The translations under genes and the position numbers were made by a program. From positions 1 to 64,000 of the IMG/VR virus record IMGVR_UViG_3300024581_003238: a stretch of 64,000 nt of DNA; one strand, written 5' to 3'. Below the pieces are notes generated by a model. That model saw only the letters and a program-made list of their open reading frames with translations. It ran no database searches and was not told the origin of the DNA. Shown one piece after another: positions 47,576-58,610 of this stretch; position 1 is the stretch's first letter, and the number at the start of each line of letters is the position of its first letter. This DNA is from a virus.

Positions 47576-49333
47576 ATGAAAAATAGAAAGATAGTTGCAC
47601 CAAGTAAGAGATACAAAAAGGCGGAGTCAGAAGACCTATCACTTCGTATTGGTGTTGAGCGCTCCGAAAAACTCATGAGAGAGGGCGATAAAAACATCAT
47701 TCTTGACATCGCAGAACTATATAGGAAAGAAAGAAACGAAAGTTCTAATTATAAGATTTACGGTAAATTAAATATGGTTTTTAGAAACCTCTATAAGGGA
47801 CAATCACCATACGAACCACTATTAAATAATTTATATTTAACCACAGACGTATATGATCCTGACGAATATGAGGGATATAAATCATATAATGAATTTGGTT
47901 TTTTACGGAGAGACTATGTGAGAGAAATTTCTAATCCAACGTCAAATAGTGTGGGTGATTATTCACAGAACATTTCTTTGAGTGGACAAACAGGACACAT
48001 AGATTTCGGTCAGGTAGATGCACCGTTTATGAATTGGAACATATACTTAACTTATGTTTATGAAAATGATTCTAATTACCCTATGAAATATGCGTTATCG
48101 GGTAACACTGTGTACGATTTTGATTCGTCAATGGGTATACCATTTAGAGTGACGGATAAAGGAACATACTATGAGTTAACAAGTCCCGTAAAACATAATA
48201 TGTCACAGGGAGAGTATGTGGTACTTTCAGGTAGTTCGATTAGTTCTGGTACTAACTCTGATAGGATATTCAATATAAATTCTGTGGGTAATGAAATATA
48301 CGATTCCAATTATTATACAATTAATCTAAATAAATCTGATTTTACATCGTCACAATCAATAAGTGGGGTTGTGTTCGGTAGAAGATGTTTAGATAAATCA
48401 GACATTGCAAAAACAATCTCAAATTATTACGTTAGAAAACATAAGACAATAACTACCGTTGACGATTACATTTTAGATAATGCGGGTTTTGAATCTCCAA
48501 TTTTTGAAATAGAAAGAAAATTACAATTTGATACCGCCGATGATAGAAACGATATTTATGTCGAACGAAATAGACCCGAAAGTGTATTATATCATTTTAA
48601 AAATAGTATAGATTTAAGTAAATACAGGAATAACTACGGTTATGTACCAACAGAGGTTTACCTAACAACTATTTTTAGAAATGCAAATGGGTACTTCAAT
48701 TATCCACCAAGAATGGGTTGGAGATTTAATATGCATGATACGTGGATAGACGATCAATTCGACAGTGCGTTTATAGGTAGTGATACTAATTTACCCTCAA
48801 GCACTTTTTCACAAAGTGGTATAACGTTTACAAAAGGAGAAGAGATACCAACAGGTACTACATTATACGGTGATTATGTTGAATTTAATAATGTAGATTT
48901 TAAAGAGGTGGTCATTTCGGACTCCTTTCATAAAATTAGTTCGAATAAAGATGTTTTTGACCATGACCAAGATAATAATTTAACTTACATCGGTGCGTCA
49001 ATAAATAATCCATCAGGTTATTTATATAAGATACACCATAGAATTAAATTGAGAGAATTATCACCATATATCGAAACAGCAGACACTAATGACATTTTAA
49101 ACTTACCCGATAACACTACGTATGATGAGTACATAGGATTATGGAAATGGAGAGATTTATATGATCATGGGTATATAGATCCTGATGGTTACGGTACTAA
49201 CTTCCCGTTTAACAATAATCAACACTACGTCAAGAATGACATAAACTTCTATTTTAGAAATGAAGATACCTTTAGAAATAAAGGGTATGGAATAACAAAT
49301 CTAAGGGGAGAAGAAGGAGATGATATATGTTAA
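47576..49333 (+). CDS. Putative structural (baseplate/fibre-associated) protein
   Basis: 585-aa ORF in the structural operon, rich in N/D/Y/S with a beta-type composition. Confidence 0.65.
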   Translation: MKNRKIVAPSKRYKKAESEDLSLRIGVERSEKLMREGDKNIILDIAELYRKERNESSNYKIYGKLNMVFRNLYKGQSPYEPLLNNLYLTTDVYDPDEYEGYKSYNEFGFLRRDYVREISNPTSNSVGDYSQNISLSGQTGHIDFGQVDAPFMNWNIYLTYVYENDSNYPMKYALSGNTVYDFDSSMGIPFRVTDKGTYYELTSPVKHNMSQGEYVVLSGSSISSGTNSDRIFNINSVGNEIYDSNYYTINLNKSDFTSSQSISGVVFGRRCLDKSDIAKTISNYYVRKHKTITTVDDYILDNAGFESPIFEIERKLQFDTADDRNDIYVERNRPESVLYHFKNSIDLSKYRNNYGYVPTEVYLTTIFRNANGYFNYPPRMGWRFNMHDTWIDDQFDSAFIGSDTNLPSSTFSQSGITFTKGEEIPTGTTLYGDYVEFNNVDFKEVVISDSFHKISSNKDVFDHDQDNNLTYIGASINNPSGYLYKIHHRIKLRELSPYIETADTNDILNLPDNTTYDEYIGLWKWRDLYDHGYIDPDGYGTNFPFNNNQHYVKNDINFYFRNEDTFRNKGYGITNLRGEEGDDIC

Positions 49334-50134
49334 ATGAAAATTAGGTTCGACGGTAACGAAAAAAACTTATTACTTAATAAGACTCAAGAATTTAGGGTAG
49401 ATTCGGGTTGGGATGAAAATTTCCAAACATTTGAGGATGAGGTTCTAAAAGAAATAATCAATCCGATAGAAAATTATGAAACCTGTAGGTATATACATAA
49501 ACCCTACACGTCTAACGGAATTGAACAAACAGATATTTGGTTTTATTTCTATTTTTTAAATTCATCAAATAACTATTCCTTAGATTATGTTAATCAGGGA
49601 TTAGATCAAACGAGTAAACTTTTAGCTGACGTAAAAAATAGTTTTTTCAGGTTGGAGTTCTATAAGACACCTGAAAATGATCCACCTAATAGATCTAATA
49701 GAAGGTTGGTCTTTGCAAAGAATTTATCATTACCTATTGGGGAAAGGGTCTATGTTGACAGTATCGATAGTCAAATGTTTATTCCTGTTTTTATGGGTTC
49801 TAATTATAAAAACAAAGAGAACATGTATCTTTTTTGGTTTGAAGATGATACTGTTTTGGAGGAAACCACATTAACGGGTACCACATTTTATATGACAGCA
49901 AAATTCTATAATGCTGTTGATGGTAGTAAGGTTCAATTTGCGAATAAACAAATAACTAACACTTCCACTGTAGTGGAGGAAGAGGATTTATATTTTATTG
50001 TTGAAATGGATAGGGACAATGCACCGTCATACCATTATACAATATTACAGTACAACGGTACCGCACCGTATGGTAGTGATCGAAGAGGTGAAAGTTCTGA
50101 TCCAATAAAATTTTATGAAATACCCACCACATAA
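49334..50134 (+). CDS. Putative structural protein
   Basis: 266-aa ORF abutting both neighbours. Confidence 0.65.
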   Translation: MKIRFDGNEKNLLLNKTQEFRVDSGWDENFQTFEDEVLKEIINPIENYETCRYIHKPYTSNGIEQTDIWFYFYFLNSSNNYSLDYVNQGLDQTSKLLADVKNSFFRLEFYKTPENDPPNRSNRRLVFAKNLSLPIGERVYVDSIDSQMFIPVFMGSNYKNKENMYLFWFEDDTVLEETTLTGTTFYMTAKFYNAVDGSKVQFANKQITNTSTVVEEEDLYFIVEMDRDNAPSYHYTILQYNGTAPYGSDRRGESSDPIKFYEIPTT

Positions 50135-51051
50135 TGGATAAGAAATACTATAAAATATTAAGATCAACGACAGGACTAACACATAACATACCTGTGTATT
50201 TAAATTGTGGTGCATATGAGATGGGTGGTATGGTTGGTTTTGAGGGGGACATCGAACAAGTGGAACAAATTACCAATTTCAACTACGAACATACAGGTGG
50301 TAATACAATTAGATTATATAATACTGTTAATAGAGATGTTTTAAAAATAATTAAAAATGAAACATTTACTATTGATTGGGGTGATGGATCAACTGATACT
50401 ATAGGTGTTGGTATGGGGACAAATTTAGAATTTGTAGATCATACATTTTCATCCGCAAACACATTTGAAGTAACAATTACTTTAAATAATAATTGGACTA
50501 AAAGAAAATTAAGTAAAAAAATTACAGTTCCTAAAGATATAACTATTACAAATCCAAACGGAACCTTTGGTCCATTTACACTCCCTTACACAACGGGAGT
50601 CACAATAAACCAAAATTTTATAAACGATTTAGATTACGAAGAACAAGATTCTGACGCGACCATATATTTTGCAGCAAAAGGTAGGAGTAGATTAAGTGAA
50701 TTAAAAAGGTATGGGGAAAATACATACCAAGGCACAACAACAGGTACGGATAGTGTAGGTAGTTATACGGAATATACGATTGATAATTTAGTCTATAAGG
50801 ATTATGATGACGGAATTACTACAATCACAGGATCAACAACAAATTTTGAGAAGGAAGAAGTCTTTAATGAGATGTTAACTAGAAACGAACATTTCATTGG
50901 TTTTATTGACGAACCAAGTATTTTTTCCGATGTATTTGTTGAAAGAGGTAAGCAAGGAGTTTTAGAAATGAATTTAAGATTGGGGGAAATCGATAACGTA
51001 GGTGAATTAGATATCTACGGAAACGGATTTTTCCAAGTTAAAAAACAATAG
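50134..51051 (+). CDS. Putative structural protein with PKD-like domain
   Basis: FTIDWGDGS....HTFSS...FEVTITL is a PKD signature. Confidence 0.65.
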   Translation: MDKKYYKILRSTTGLTHNIPVYLNCGAYEMGGMVGFEGDIEQVEQITNFNYEHTGGNTIRLYNTVNRDVLKIIKNETFTIDWGDGSTDTIGVGMGTNLEFVDHTFSSANTFEVTITLNNNWTKRKLSKKITVPKDITITNPNGTFGPFTLPYTTGVTINQNFINDLDYEEQDSDATIYFAAKGRSRLSELKRYGENTYQGTTTGTDSVGSYTEYTIDNLVYKDYDDGITTITGSTTNFEKEEVFNEMLTRNEHFIGFIDEPSIFSDVFVERGKQGVLEMNLRLGEIDNVGELDIYGNGFFQVKKQ

Positions 51052-51076
51052 AATAATATTTATTAATTAAAAGATT

Positions 51077-51991
51077 ATGGCAGTAGGTAGTTATGGTACA
51101 GTAAGACCGGCAGATGTTTCTCCAGCAGACGTGGAAATTTTCTATCATTACGTTTCAGGTAGAACATCAACGGCACCTGTACAATTTAAAAAATTAAATT
51201 CGGAAGATATATTAACACCTGTTTATCACAATGCTGATACAACAGATGCTGCTAACGCAATAGACACAGAAATTTTAGGTGGATTATACAATTTAAAATT
51301 GGATTCATCTGACTTTGACGATCTAGGTGTTTACACTTTACATCTAAGACCGAAACAAATAAGAACATCCATAACGGATTGTGGTGTGTTAGCATCACTT
51401 CCGTCTGTGAGAGGGTTAATCATTGATTTGAGTAACGTACCCTCAGTCGATAGAAATAAATTCACACCTCAAGGATTGGTTGGGTATAGAATTGAATACC
51501 TAAATAGTGACGGTAGTAAGACCCCTAATTTTTACAGGGTTGTTACTTCATCATTTTATTGTACACCAATTACATCTAATTTGACAAGTACGACGCAAAA
51601 GGCGATAAGATATCAGTATACGGACCAAACTACAAATTTATTGTTTTTGACTGTTACACCATCTTCGGCACCATCAAATAGACCTAATACGGTACCTTTT
51701 ATTGGTGAACCGTCTCAAAATATAATTTTATCAAACACATTCTTTAATCCAACTACGGTTGAAATTGAGATGGTTGAACATGATGAGACAACACTGGCAT
51801 ATGCGTTCTACGGTAATCAGACTAAATCGATATCTGACGGTATCTATACAATTTATACTGGTGACAACAATATCTACAAACAATTTAACTTGTTTGAAGT
51901 AAGAGATGAGTTCAACGAAACACTTTACGAAGTTAGAGAAGAGAGGGACGAAATTGATGAAACTAAGAATTTTGATGACATCACAGAATAA
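51077..51991 (+). CDS. Putative structural protein
   Basis: 304-aa ORF with TATTTAT at 51057; its stop overlaps the next start. Confidence 0.65.
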   Translation: MAVGSYGTVRPADVSPADVEIFYHYVSGRTSTAPVQFKKLNSEDILTPVYHNADTTDAANAIDTEILGGLYNLKLDSSDFDDLGVYTLHLRPKQIRTSITDCGVLASLPSVRGLIIDLSNVPSVDRNKFTPQGLVGYRIEYLNSDGSKTPNFYRVVTSSFYCTPITSNLTSTTQKAIRYQYTDQTTNLLFLTVTPSSAPSNRPNTVPFIGEPSQNIILSNTFFNPTTVEIEMVEHDETTLAYAFYGNQTKSISDGIYTIYTGDNNIYKQFNLFEVRDEFNETLYEVREERDEIDETKNFDDITE

Positions 51992-54900
51992 TGGCAAAAA
52001 GAAAAGTTCCAAGTCAAGCGAGTAGCGGAAGGGAAACCTTTAATGATAACTTGATCGGTAATCAAATTACTGACGGGTCTAGTCAATTGACTGCAACAAA
52101 CTTTTCTTTAGACAACACTATACCTGAAAGAGACACTAAACAATTTAGGTCTGTACCCTTTTCTGAATTTCTTACAATAGAAGATCTAAAAGAAGAAACA
52201 GATGGACCAAAATCAAAATCTAAAAGGTCTGTTAAAAAAGAGGGTAAAGTTAAGTTCAGACAAAACAAAGAGGCGGGTTCTAAGACACTTTTTGGGTCTT
52301 TAAGTAAAAGACTATCATCTTCAGTAAAAAATATAATAGATCAGTTCCCTGCGGGTTTCTTTATTGACAAGGATACTCCAGTATCGTTCTCACAATACAC
52401 CGCAGAAAGTATTAGTTATGACACTAAAGCAAGAACTACAACTTTAAAATTTGAGAAATCAAAAATATTTAATCCGTTAGACATTATTATTGACAAACCG
52501 TTAAGTAATGTACAACCTGAGGTAAGTAATAGTTTTAGAAACTTTTTTGATAGTTATTCGAAATATTCTTTAGTGATCGATGGGGTAGATTACCCTATTC
52601 TTAGTTATACTCAGGCGGGTGTTGACGGACTTATAAAAATAAAAGTTAAAGGTAAACCATTTAATGGTGTAACCTATAGTGAGAGTTTCTTAATTAGACC
52701 TATAGAAGAGGTTGTCGAAGAATTTTTTGAGAGTTTAGATGATTTAGAAAAACTTATCTTAGATAGAGAGTCAACACCAAAGTACACTGCCGAGTTTAAA
52801 TTACCACAAGATTCTTTAGACGGATCTAAAACTGAAACAACAACTACAAGAATAACATGGCCATTATTCAAAGATGGTTGGAATATTAAGATAGGTGGGA
52901 CTGATTATGTTACTTACCTTGAAAAATTAAAATCAATAGGTGATGAGGTGGATCAATATAAGTCCAACTTAATTGCTAGATTTTTAACTACCGCATCTTT
53001 AAATGAATTTGACACTCAAGATCAAAGAATGTCTTCCATGTTCCAAATATATGGTAGTGGTTTTGATTCGGTAAAAAAATTCATTGATAACATAGCTTAC
53101 ATGAGAAATGTGAGTTATGATAAAATAAATAATATACCTGATGTTCTTTTAAAAAACCTATCAAACACACTAGGTTTGGATTCTGTGAATCTATTTGATG
53201 AGAAGAGTTTAGATCAAACACTTTACTCAAGGATTGACAGTCAATTTGAAGGAATAAACCTTGGGTTGAATATGGTTGAGGCCGAGGCCGAGTTCTACCG
53301 AAGATTAGTAATTAATTTAGTAAGAATATATAAATCTAAAGGTACTCGAAAATCAATAGAGTTTTTTTTAAGATTCATAGGTGCACCAGAACCCCTAATT
53401 AAAATTAATGAACATGTTTACGAATATGAGGATGTTAGAAAAACATCGGAAGATATTGATAGTGACATATATGATTTAACACAAAACACGAAAACATTCA
53501 CTATTGGTGAAATTGATAGTTCTACATTTAACTATAGTGGAATAACAACCACAGGGTCTACGACTTACCAAATGGGTGAGTACCCTATAGTTTTGACAGG
53601 ATCAACTAGATATGGGGATGTCCAAAAAATAGTAAGTGAGGGTAATGATGTGTTTTTTCAAAAAGGTGCTGGTTGGTATGAAATTACATTACAACACAGA
53701 TCTTCGACCGAATTAGATGTTGAAAATTCTAATTTATTATCAAACCCAAAAGTAATAAAAACTAAAAATAAAAATTTCACCTATGGTGAAGATTATTTTG
53801 ACTTATATAGACAGTTTTATGGTTTAGATTATGGACATGAATTACATAATACTATTGATAATGATAAGGTAGAATTATTAACCGATACAGATTCAAAAAA
53901 ATTAAATAGAAAAAATATACAAATCTATCTTTCATCTGCACAGGGTATTGATTATGATGTTTACAGACAATCGAGAGATTTAGAGGTTACGTTTGGACTT
54001 AAAACTCTAAGTCCACAAACAGGATTTACGTTCGCTGAGTACATGGATAATTTACTTAATGAACAAATTAGAAATTCACATATTGTTAAGTACCAAAAAT
54101 CTTATATCCAACTCGAAGATGTTTATTGGGGTTACTTAGATAAAGTAGGTACTCCTTATAGTTTCCCGACAGTCAATGAATTCATAAATAAAATGAGTCC
54201 TCATTGGGTTGAGATTATAGAACAGTTTGTTCCTGCCACTACATTATGGACAGGTGGTAATATATTAGAAAATAGTCGTATCGGTAGATCTAAACATGAT
54301 TATGAAAAACCGTGTGTGATTGAACAAGTTGAGGATAATTTATATCCTAAACTTGGGTTTGAACATTCAATAGAAGAGGATCTGGAAGTGTACTATTTGG
54401 GTGATAAAGATCTATTTAGAGGTTTAACGGTTGTAAGTGGTGTAACCTATGTACTAAAAATAGTACTTATGGGTGATATATACACCGCATCTTCACCAAT
54501 CACACTTACAGGTGGAGATCTATTTGATCCATTTGTTTCTACATCTGAGTGTACAACTATTAATGACGTTGTTTTCGATGGTGGTGAAAAGTTTGATGGG
54601 TCTATCCATTTACCACTAATATGTGACTTTAAATGTAATTTAAACCCTGATAGGGATGTATTAAATCCACTGTGGATTAATCGGGTAAATGACATATTCA
54701 CTCAGATAAACGAAAAATATTATACTAAAACATCGTACACGGGATACGATACCATAAGTAATCATGCGGGTGGGGAATCCTACGAAAGAATAACAGGAAA
54801 CACCCAAACGACAGATGAAAATCAAACCATTGAAGATGGTTTTAATACCGAATTGTCAACTAACGGTGAAAATTATGGGTATGAAAACGTACCTATTGTT

Positions 54901-57900
54901 TCTCATGAATTTTATACTGATAGTGATGGTGTCGAAAAGATAAGGATTACACCATTCACATATGACACCCAATTATACGTTATAAATCCTGAATACCCCT
55001 ATAATGGAGACCAATACATTCCTGCGGATTTAGATTGTTTAGACCTAAGTACTTTTGATTTCTATTGGGAATCAACTTACTTAACGGGCACAACACAATG
55101 TGATCCTAAAGTTGATGTTTATGGTCCTGGTACTTTCTACACACTACCTGAAGATAGTGATGATTGTATTTTAATGGAGGATGTGTATTTCGAAGTTTCG
55201 GGAGTTACATTTGGTAATGAGGATACTGTTGATGATGGTGATCCGTGTACTGATTGTCCTCCTTATAACACTAGTTGGCCGTTAAATATATTCATAGATT
55301 GTGTTGGTGGATATAATGAAGACATCAGTGGTCATACATATACTGTTGACCATGTATCGGGATGTACTTTTGTTATATATAATGTTAGAGAAAATGATGT
55401 AATCGATATTTCTATAACCGACGCGGCGAACTGTGACCAAAAAGTAAGGATAGAAGGATTACAACAAAAATTTGAATGGGACCCTGTTGATGGTGATGAT
55501 GTAACTACATCGAGAAGTCATTATTTACAATATTCTTTTGAAAGTTATGCGGATGGGGATGATCCTATTAATTCGTCACCACTTGAAAGTCAATCGGGTA
55601 TTACGTTCTGTGATAATTATTCGGGGTATACACTACAACCTATTGTACAATACAGACCGACATTCGATTATGGTCTTAGACAAAATACTAAAGTTATAAA
55701 AGTTAATAATGGTGTTGTTCTCGATGGTAACACAACTTGGGATCAAATACAAACTTATTTTGATGACAATACTTTAGAAAAAATAAACATCGAAAACGTT
55801 GTGATTGGAGATCGATTACTTTCAGGAGTATACAAAGATTGTCCTTTCTCAACTCAAGATTATAGAGACGCGGTTATTAGTGGATACTCTTTCTCTTATG
55901 ACTACAAAGTGGTAACAGTCGAAAATAAAGATTGTTTGGGTTCCACTAAGATCAATAAAATAAATGAAAGGTTTAGTTTTTTACCTAACACAAGATTGTG
56001 GGTAATGACTAAAACAATGGAAGATGGTACTCAGGGTGAGAATTGGAGATTTACTGAAAAATATCCTGAAGAACTATACCCAAGACCTGAAGATCCAACA
56101 GATCCTTGTTGTACCTATCAGGTTGGTTACTATGAAAGTGGTGATTTCATATTTAACGAACATGGTTTCCCTATAGAGGTACTAAAAGTCGATTTGGATT
56201 ACTGTGCTAGAGATTTATTTTATCATTTAAATGTTAGTCCAACATCAGTTTATGATATTCCAACTAACTGTTCTGAAGTTATCCTTTTCAATGGGGACTC
56301 TGAAGATTGTGTATTAGTTGGACATGACGAACAGAAGTTTGAGAATTTGGACATGAAAATGCAACAATACTTCCAAGATAGGTTAGATTGTTCAGACATG
56401 CCGGATATTGATGAGTTGGAAAGAGATCTAACAGGATTGGAGGATTGTGATAATATAAATGTCTTTAAACTTAAACATTATACTTCAGGAGAAATAAAAT
56501 ACGGTAAATTGGACCCCGCGTTTAGTATCGGGGATATTGTTACAGTTATAACACATGTACCTTTAGGTGCATCGGTACAGAGACTATCACCAGGTAAAGA
56601 TTGTTGGGAAATTATTGCTAAAACATATCAACCAAATATCGATTACGATTTGGTCGAAATATGTACAGATTTATTAACCCCAACTCCGTCACCAACAACC
56701 AGTCCGACACCTACTCCAACACCATCACCTAGTCCTACGGCAACACCAACACCAACAATTAGTCCTACCCCTACTAGTACACCAACGCCAACACCTACTG
56801 GTACACCCACACCAACACCTACTAGTACACCAACGCCAACACCTACTGGTACACCCACACCAACACCTACTAGTACACCAACGCCAACTCCAACACCAAA
56901 CTGTGATTTTGATGTAGATACTAATATAGTAACTCCAACACCTACACCTACCGCAAACTGTGATTTTGATATAGATATAGAAGTTGTAACTCCCACACCC
57001 ACTCCCACACCATCACCAACACCGAATTGTGATTTTGACGTAGACATTGATGTTGTTACGCCAACTCCTACCCCCACACCATCACCAACACCAAATTGCG
57101 ACTTTGATATAGATGTGGATGTGGTAACTCCAACACCAACACCAACAACCAGTCCTACACCTACACCTACCGCCACACCCAACTGTGACTTTGATGTAGA
57201 TGTGGATGTAGTAACACCTACACCTACTCCAAGTCCTACAGGTACACCTACTCCAACACCAACACCTAACTGTGATTTTGATATAGATGTAGATGTAGTG
57301 ACTCCAACACCTACTCCGAGTCCAACAAGTACAGCAACACCTACCCCAACTCCAGATTGTGATTTCGATATTGATGTTGACGTGGTAACACCTACACCTA
57401 CACCATCACCTAGCCCAACAAATACACCTACCCCAAGTCCTACAAGTAGTCCAACACCTACTCCGACACCAAATTGTGATTTTGATATTGATGTTGATGT
57501 TGTCACACCTACCCCAACACCATCACCTAGCCCGACTAATACACCTACTAATACTCCAACAAGTACGCCTACTAACACACCAACACCGAGCCCAACAAAT
57601 ACTCCTACTCCAACCCCAACACCTAACTGTGACTTCGATATAGATGTTGACGTGGTAACACCTACACCTACACCATCACCAAGTCCGACTAACACACCAT
57701 CACCAACCCCAACAAGTACGGAGACACCTACCCCCACACCAACTCCATCACCTACCCCAAATTGTGATTTTGATATTGATGTTGATGTGGTAACTCCTAC
57801 ACCAACACCATCACCTACAGCAAGTAGTACACCTACACCAACGGCAAGTAGTACTCCAACCCCAACACCAAGTCCAAGTCCTACTAATACCCCTACACCA

Positions 57901-58581
57901 AGCCCAACACCGAATTGTGATTTTGATATAGATGTAGATGTAGTAACTCCTACACCTACTCCAAGTCCTACAAGTAGCCCAACACCAAGTCCTACGGCGA
58001 CCCCTACTAATACACCAACACCATCACCTACTACTAGCCCTACGGCAACTCCAACACCATCACCTAGTCCTACGGCGACACCTACCCCAACACCAACACC
58101 TACAGGAATTGATTGTCCAATCCCTTGTACCACAACAATAAATTCGGACTTGTTTATTTCAACAAGTTCTGATCTTAGTGGTGTTAATATAAAAGATTTA
58201 GGTGGTTATTGTAACGAAGTTAGGGACGTTAATGGTGATGTTCAGTCTACAAATGGTGAAGAGTGGTACTATGATATTAATACTTGTCTTGTATATGGAA
58301 GAACTTACAATGATCCTAATGGAACTACATGTATCGGTGAATATGTTAATCCTGTGGGAACCGAAGTAAATTCTTTTGTACATACTGACGGAACATTAAG
58401 TCCGACAATTTCAGGTAATAAACTATTTGATTCGGATATAAGATTTATAGATAATAATAATAATGCAATTGTAATTATAACAGAGTGGAATTCGACATTA
58501 ACTTCATTATTACATGTCCACATATTATGTGATTGTAGTTTTGAGGGATCAGCGAATGAAACGGTAATAGACCCTGTATAA
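51991..58581 (+). CDS. Giant baseplate wedge protein (gp7 / P2 gpI-like core) with degenerate Hint domain and [12 protein letters not shown] repeat arm
   Basis: YD..NNIPD.LLK.L..TLG and [20 protein letters not shown] are typical of gp7/gpI-like proteins; repeats seen directly. Confidence 0.7.
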   Translation: MAKRKVPSQASSGRETFNDNLIGNQITDGSSQLTATNFSLDNTIPERDTKQFRSVPFSEFLTIEDLKEETDGPKSKSKRSVKKEGKVKFRQNKEAGSKTLFGSLSKRLSSSVKNIIDQFPAGFFIDKDTPVSFSQYTAESISYDTKARTTTLKFEKSKIFNPLDIIIDKPLSNVQPEVSNSFRNFFDSYSKYSLVIDGVDYPILSYTQAGVDGLIKIKVKGKPFNGVTYSESFLIRPIEEVVEEFFESLDDLEKLILDRESTPKYTAEFKLPQDSLDGSKTETTTTRITWPLFKDGWNIKIGGTDYVTYLEKLKSIGDEVDQYKSNLIARFLTTASLNEFDTQDQRMSSMFQIYGSGFDSVKKFIDNIAYMRNVSYDKINNIPDVLLKNLSNTLGLDSVNLFDEKSLDQTLYSRIDSQFEGINLGLNMVEAEAEFYRRLVINLVRIYKSKGTRKSIEFFLRFIGAPEPLIKINEHVYEYEDVRKTSEDIDSDIYDLTQNTKTFTIGEIDSSTFNYSGITTTGSTTYQMGEYPIVLTGSTRYGDVQKIVSEGNDVFFQKGAGWYEITLQHRSSTELDVENSNLLSNPKVIKTKNKNFTYGEDYFDLYRQFYGLDYGHELHNTIDNDKVELLTDTDSKKLNRKNIQIYLSSAQGIDYDVYRQSRDLEVTFGLKTLSPQTGFTFAEYMDNLLNEQIRNSHIVKYQKSYIQLEDVYWGYLDKVGTPYSFPTVNEFINKMSPHWVEIIEQFVPATTLWTGGNILENSRIGRSKHDYEKPCVIEQVEDNLYPKLGFEHSIEEDLEVYYLGDKDLFRGLTVVSGVTYVLKIVLMGDIYTASSPITLTGGDLFDPFVSTSECTTINDVVFDGGEKFDGSIHLPLICDFKCNLNPDRDVLNPLWINRVNDIFTQINEKYYTKTSYTGYDTISNHAGGESYERITGNTQTTDENQTIEDGFNTELSTNGENYGYENVPIVSHEFYTDSDGVEKIRITPFTYDTQLYVINPEYPYNGDQYIPADLDCLDLSTFDFYWESTYLTGTTQCDPKVDVYGPGTFYTLPEDSDDCILMEDVYFEVSGVTFGNEDTVDDGDPCTDCPPYNTSWPLNIFIDCVGGYNEDISGHTYTVDHVSGCTFVIYNVRENDVIDISITDAANCDQKVRIEGLQQKFEWDPVDGDDVTTSRSHYLQYSFESYADGDDPINSSPLESQSGITFCDNYSGYTLQPIVQYRPTFDYGLRQNTKVIKVNNGVVLDGNTTWDQIQTYFDDNTLEKINIENVVIGDRLLSGVYKDCPFSTQDYRDAVISGYSFSYDYKVVTVENKDCLGSTKINKINERFSFLPNTRLWVMTKTMEDGTQGENWRFTEKYPEELYPRPEDPTDPCCTYQVGYYESGDFIFNEHGFPIEVLKVDLDYCARDLFYHLNVSPTSVYDIPTNCSEVILFNGDSEDCVLVGHDEQKFENLDMKMQQYFQDRLDCSDMPDIDELERDLTGLEDCDNINVFKLKHYTSGEIKYGKLDPAFSIGDIVTVITHVPLGASVQRLSPGKDCWEIIAKTYQPNIDYDLVEICTDLLTPTPSPTTSPTPTPTPSPSPTATPTPTISPTPTSTPTPTPTGTPTPTPTSTPTPTPTGTPTPTPTSTPTPTPTPNCDFDVDTNIVTPTPTPTANCDFDIDIEVVTPTPTPTPSPTPNCDFDVDIDVVTPTPTPTPSPTPNCDFDIDVDVVTPTPTPTTSPTPTPTATPNCDFDVDVDVVTPTPTPSPTGTPTPTPTPNCDFDIDVDVVTPTPTPSPTSTATPTPTPDCDFDIDVDVVTPTPTPSPSPTNTPTPSPTSSPTPTPTPNCDFDIDVDVVTPTPTPSPSPTNTPTNTPTSTPTNTPTPSPTNTPTPTPTPNCDFDIDVDVVTPTPTPSPSPTNTPSPTPTSTETPTPTPTPSPTPNCDFDIDVDVVTPTPTPSPTASSTPTPTASSTPTPTPSPSPTNTPTPSPTPNCDFDIDVDVVTPTPTPSPTSSPTPSPTATPTNTPTPSPTTSPTATPTPSPSPTATPTPTPTPTGIDCPIPCTTTINSDLFISTSSDLSGVNIKDLGGYCNEVRDVNGDVQSTNGEEWYYDINTCLVYGRTYNDPNGTTCIGEYVNPVGTEVNSFVHTDGTLSPTISGNKLFDSDIRFIDNNNNAIVIITEWNSTLTSLLHVHILCDCSFEGSANETVIDPV
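56676..58104 (+). repeat. Pro/Thr low-complexity array punctuated by 11 [10 protein letters not shown]-type motifs
   Basis: Direct translation; includes an exact 48-bp tandem repeat (about 2.5 copies) at 56770-56888. Confidence 0.95.
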
Positions 58582-58610
58582 AACTAAAAAAAAAGTATAT
58601 ATTTTAAATA

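Noticed and set aside
56643-58133. 496-aa minus-strand Gly/Val ORF (also 58679-59065)
   Set aside because: Antisense shadow of the Pro/Thr codon array; its pattern mirrors the sense repeats exactly.
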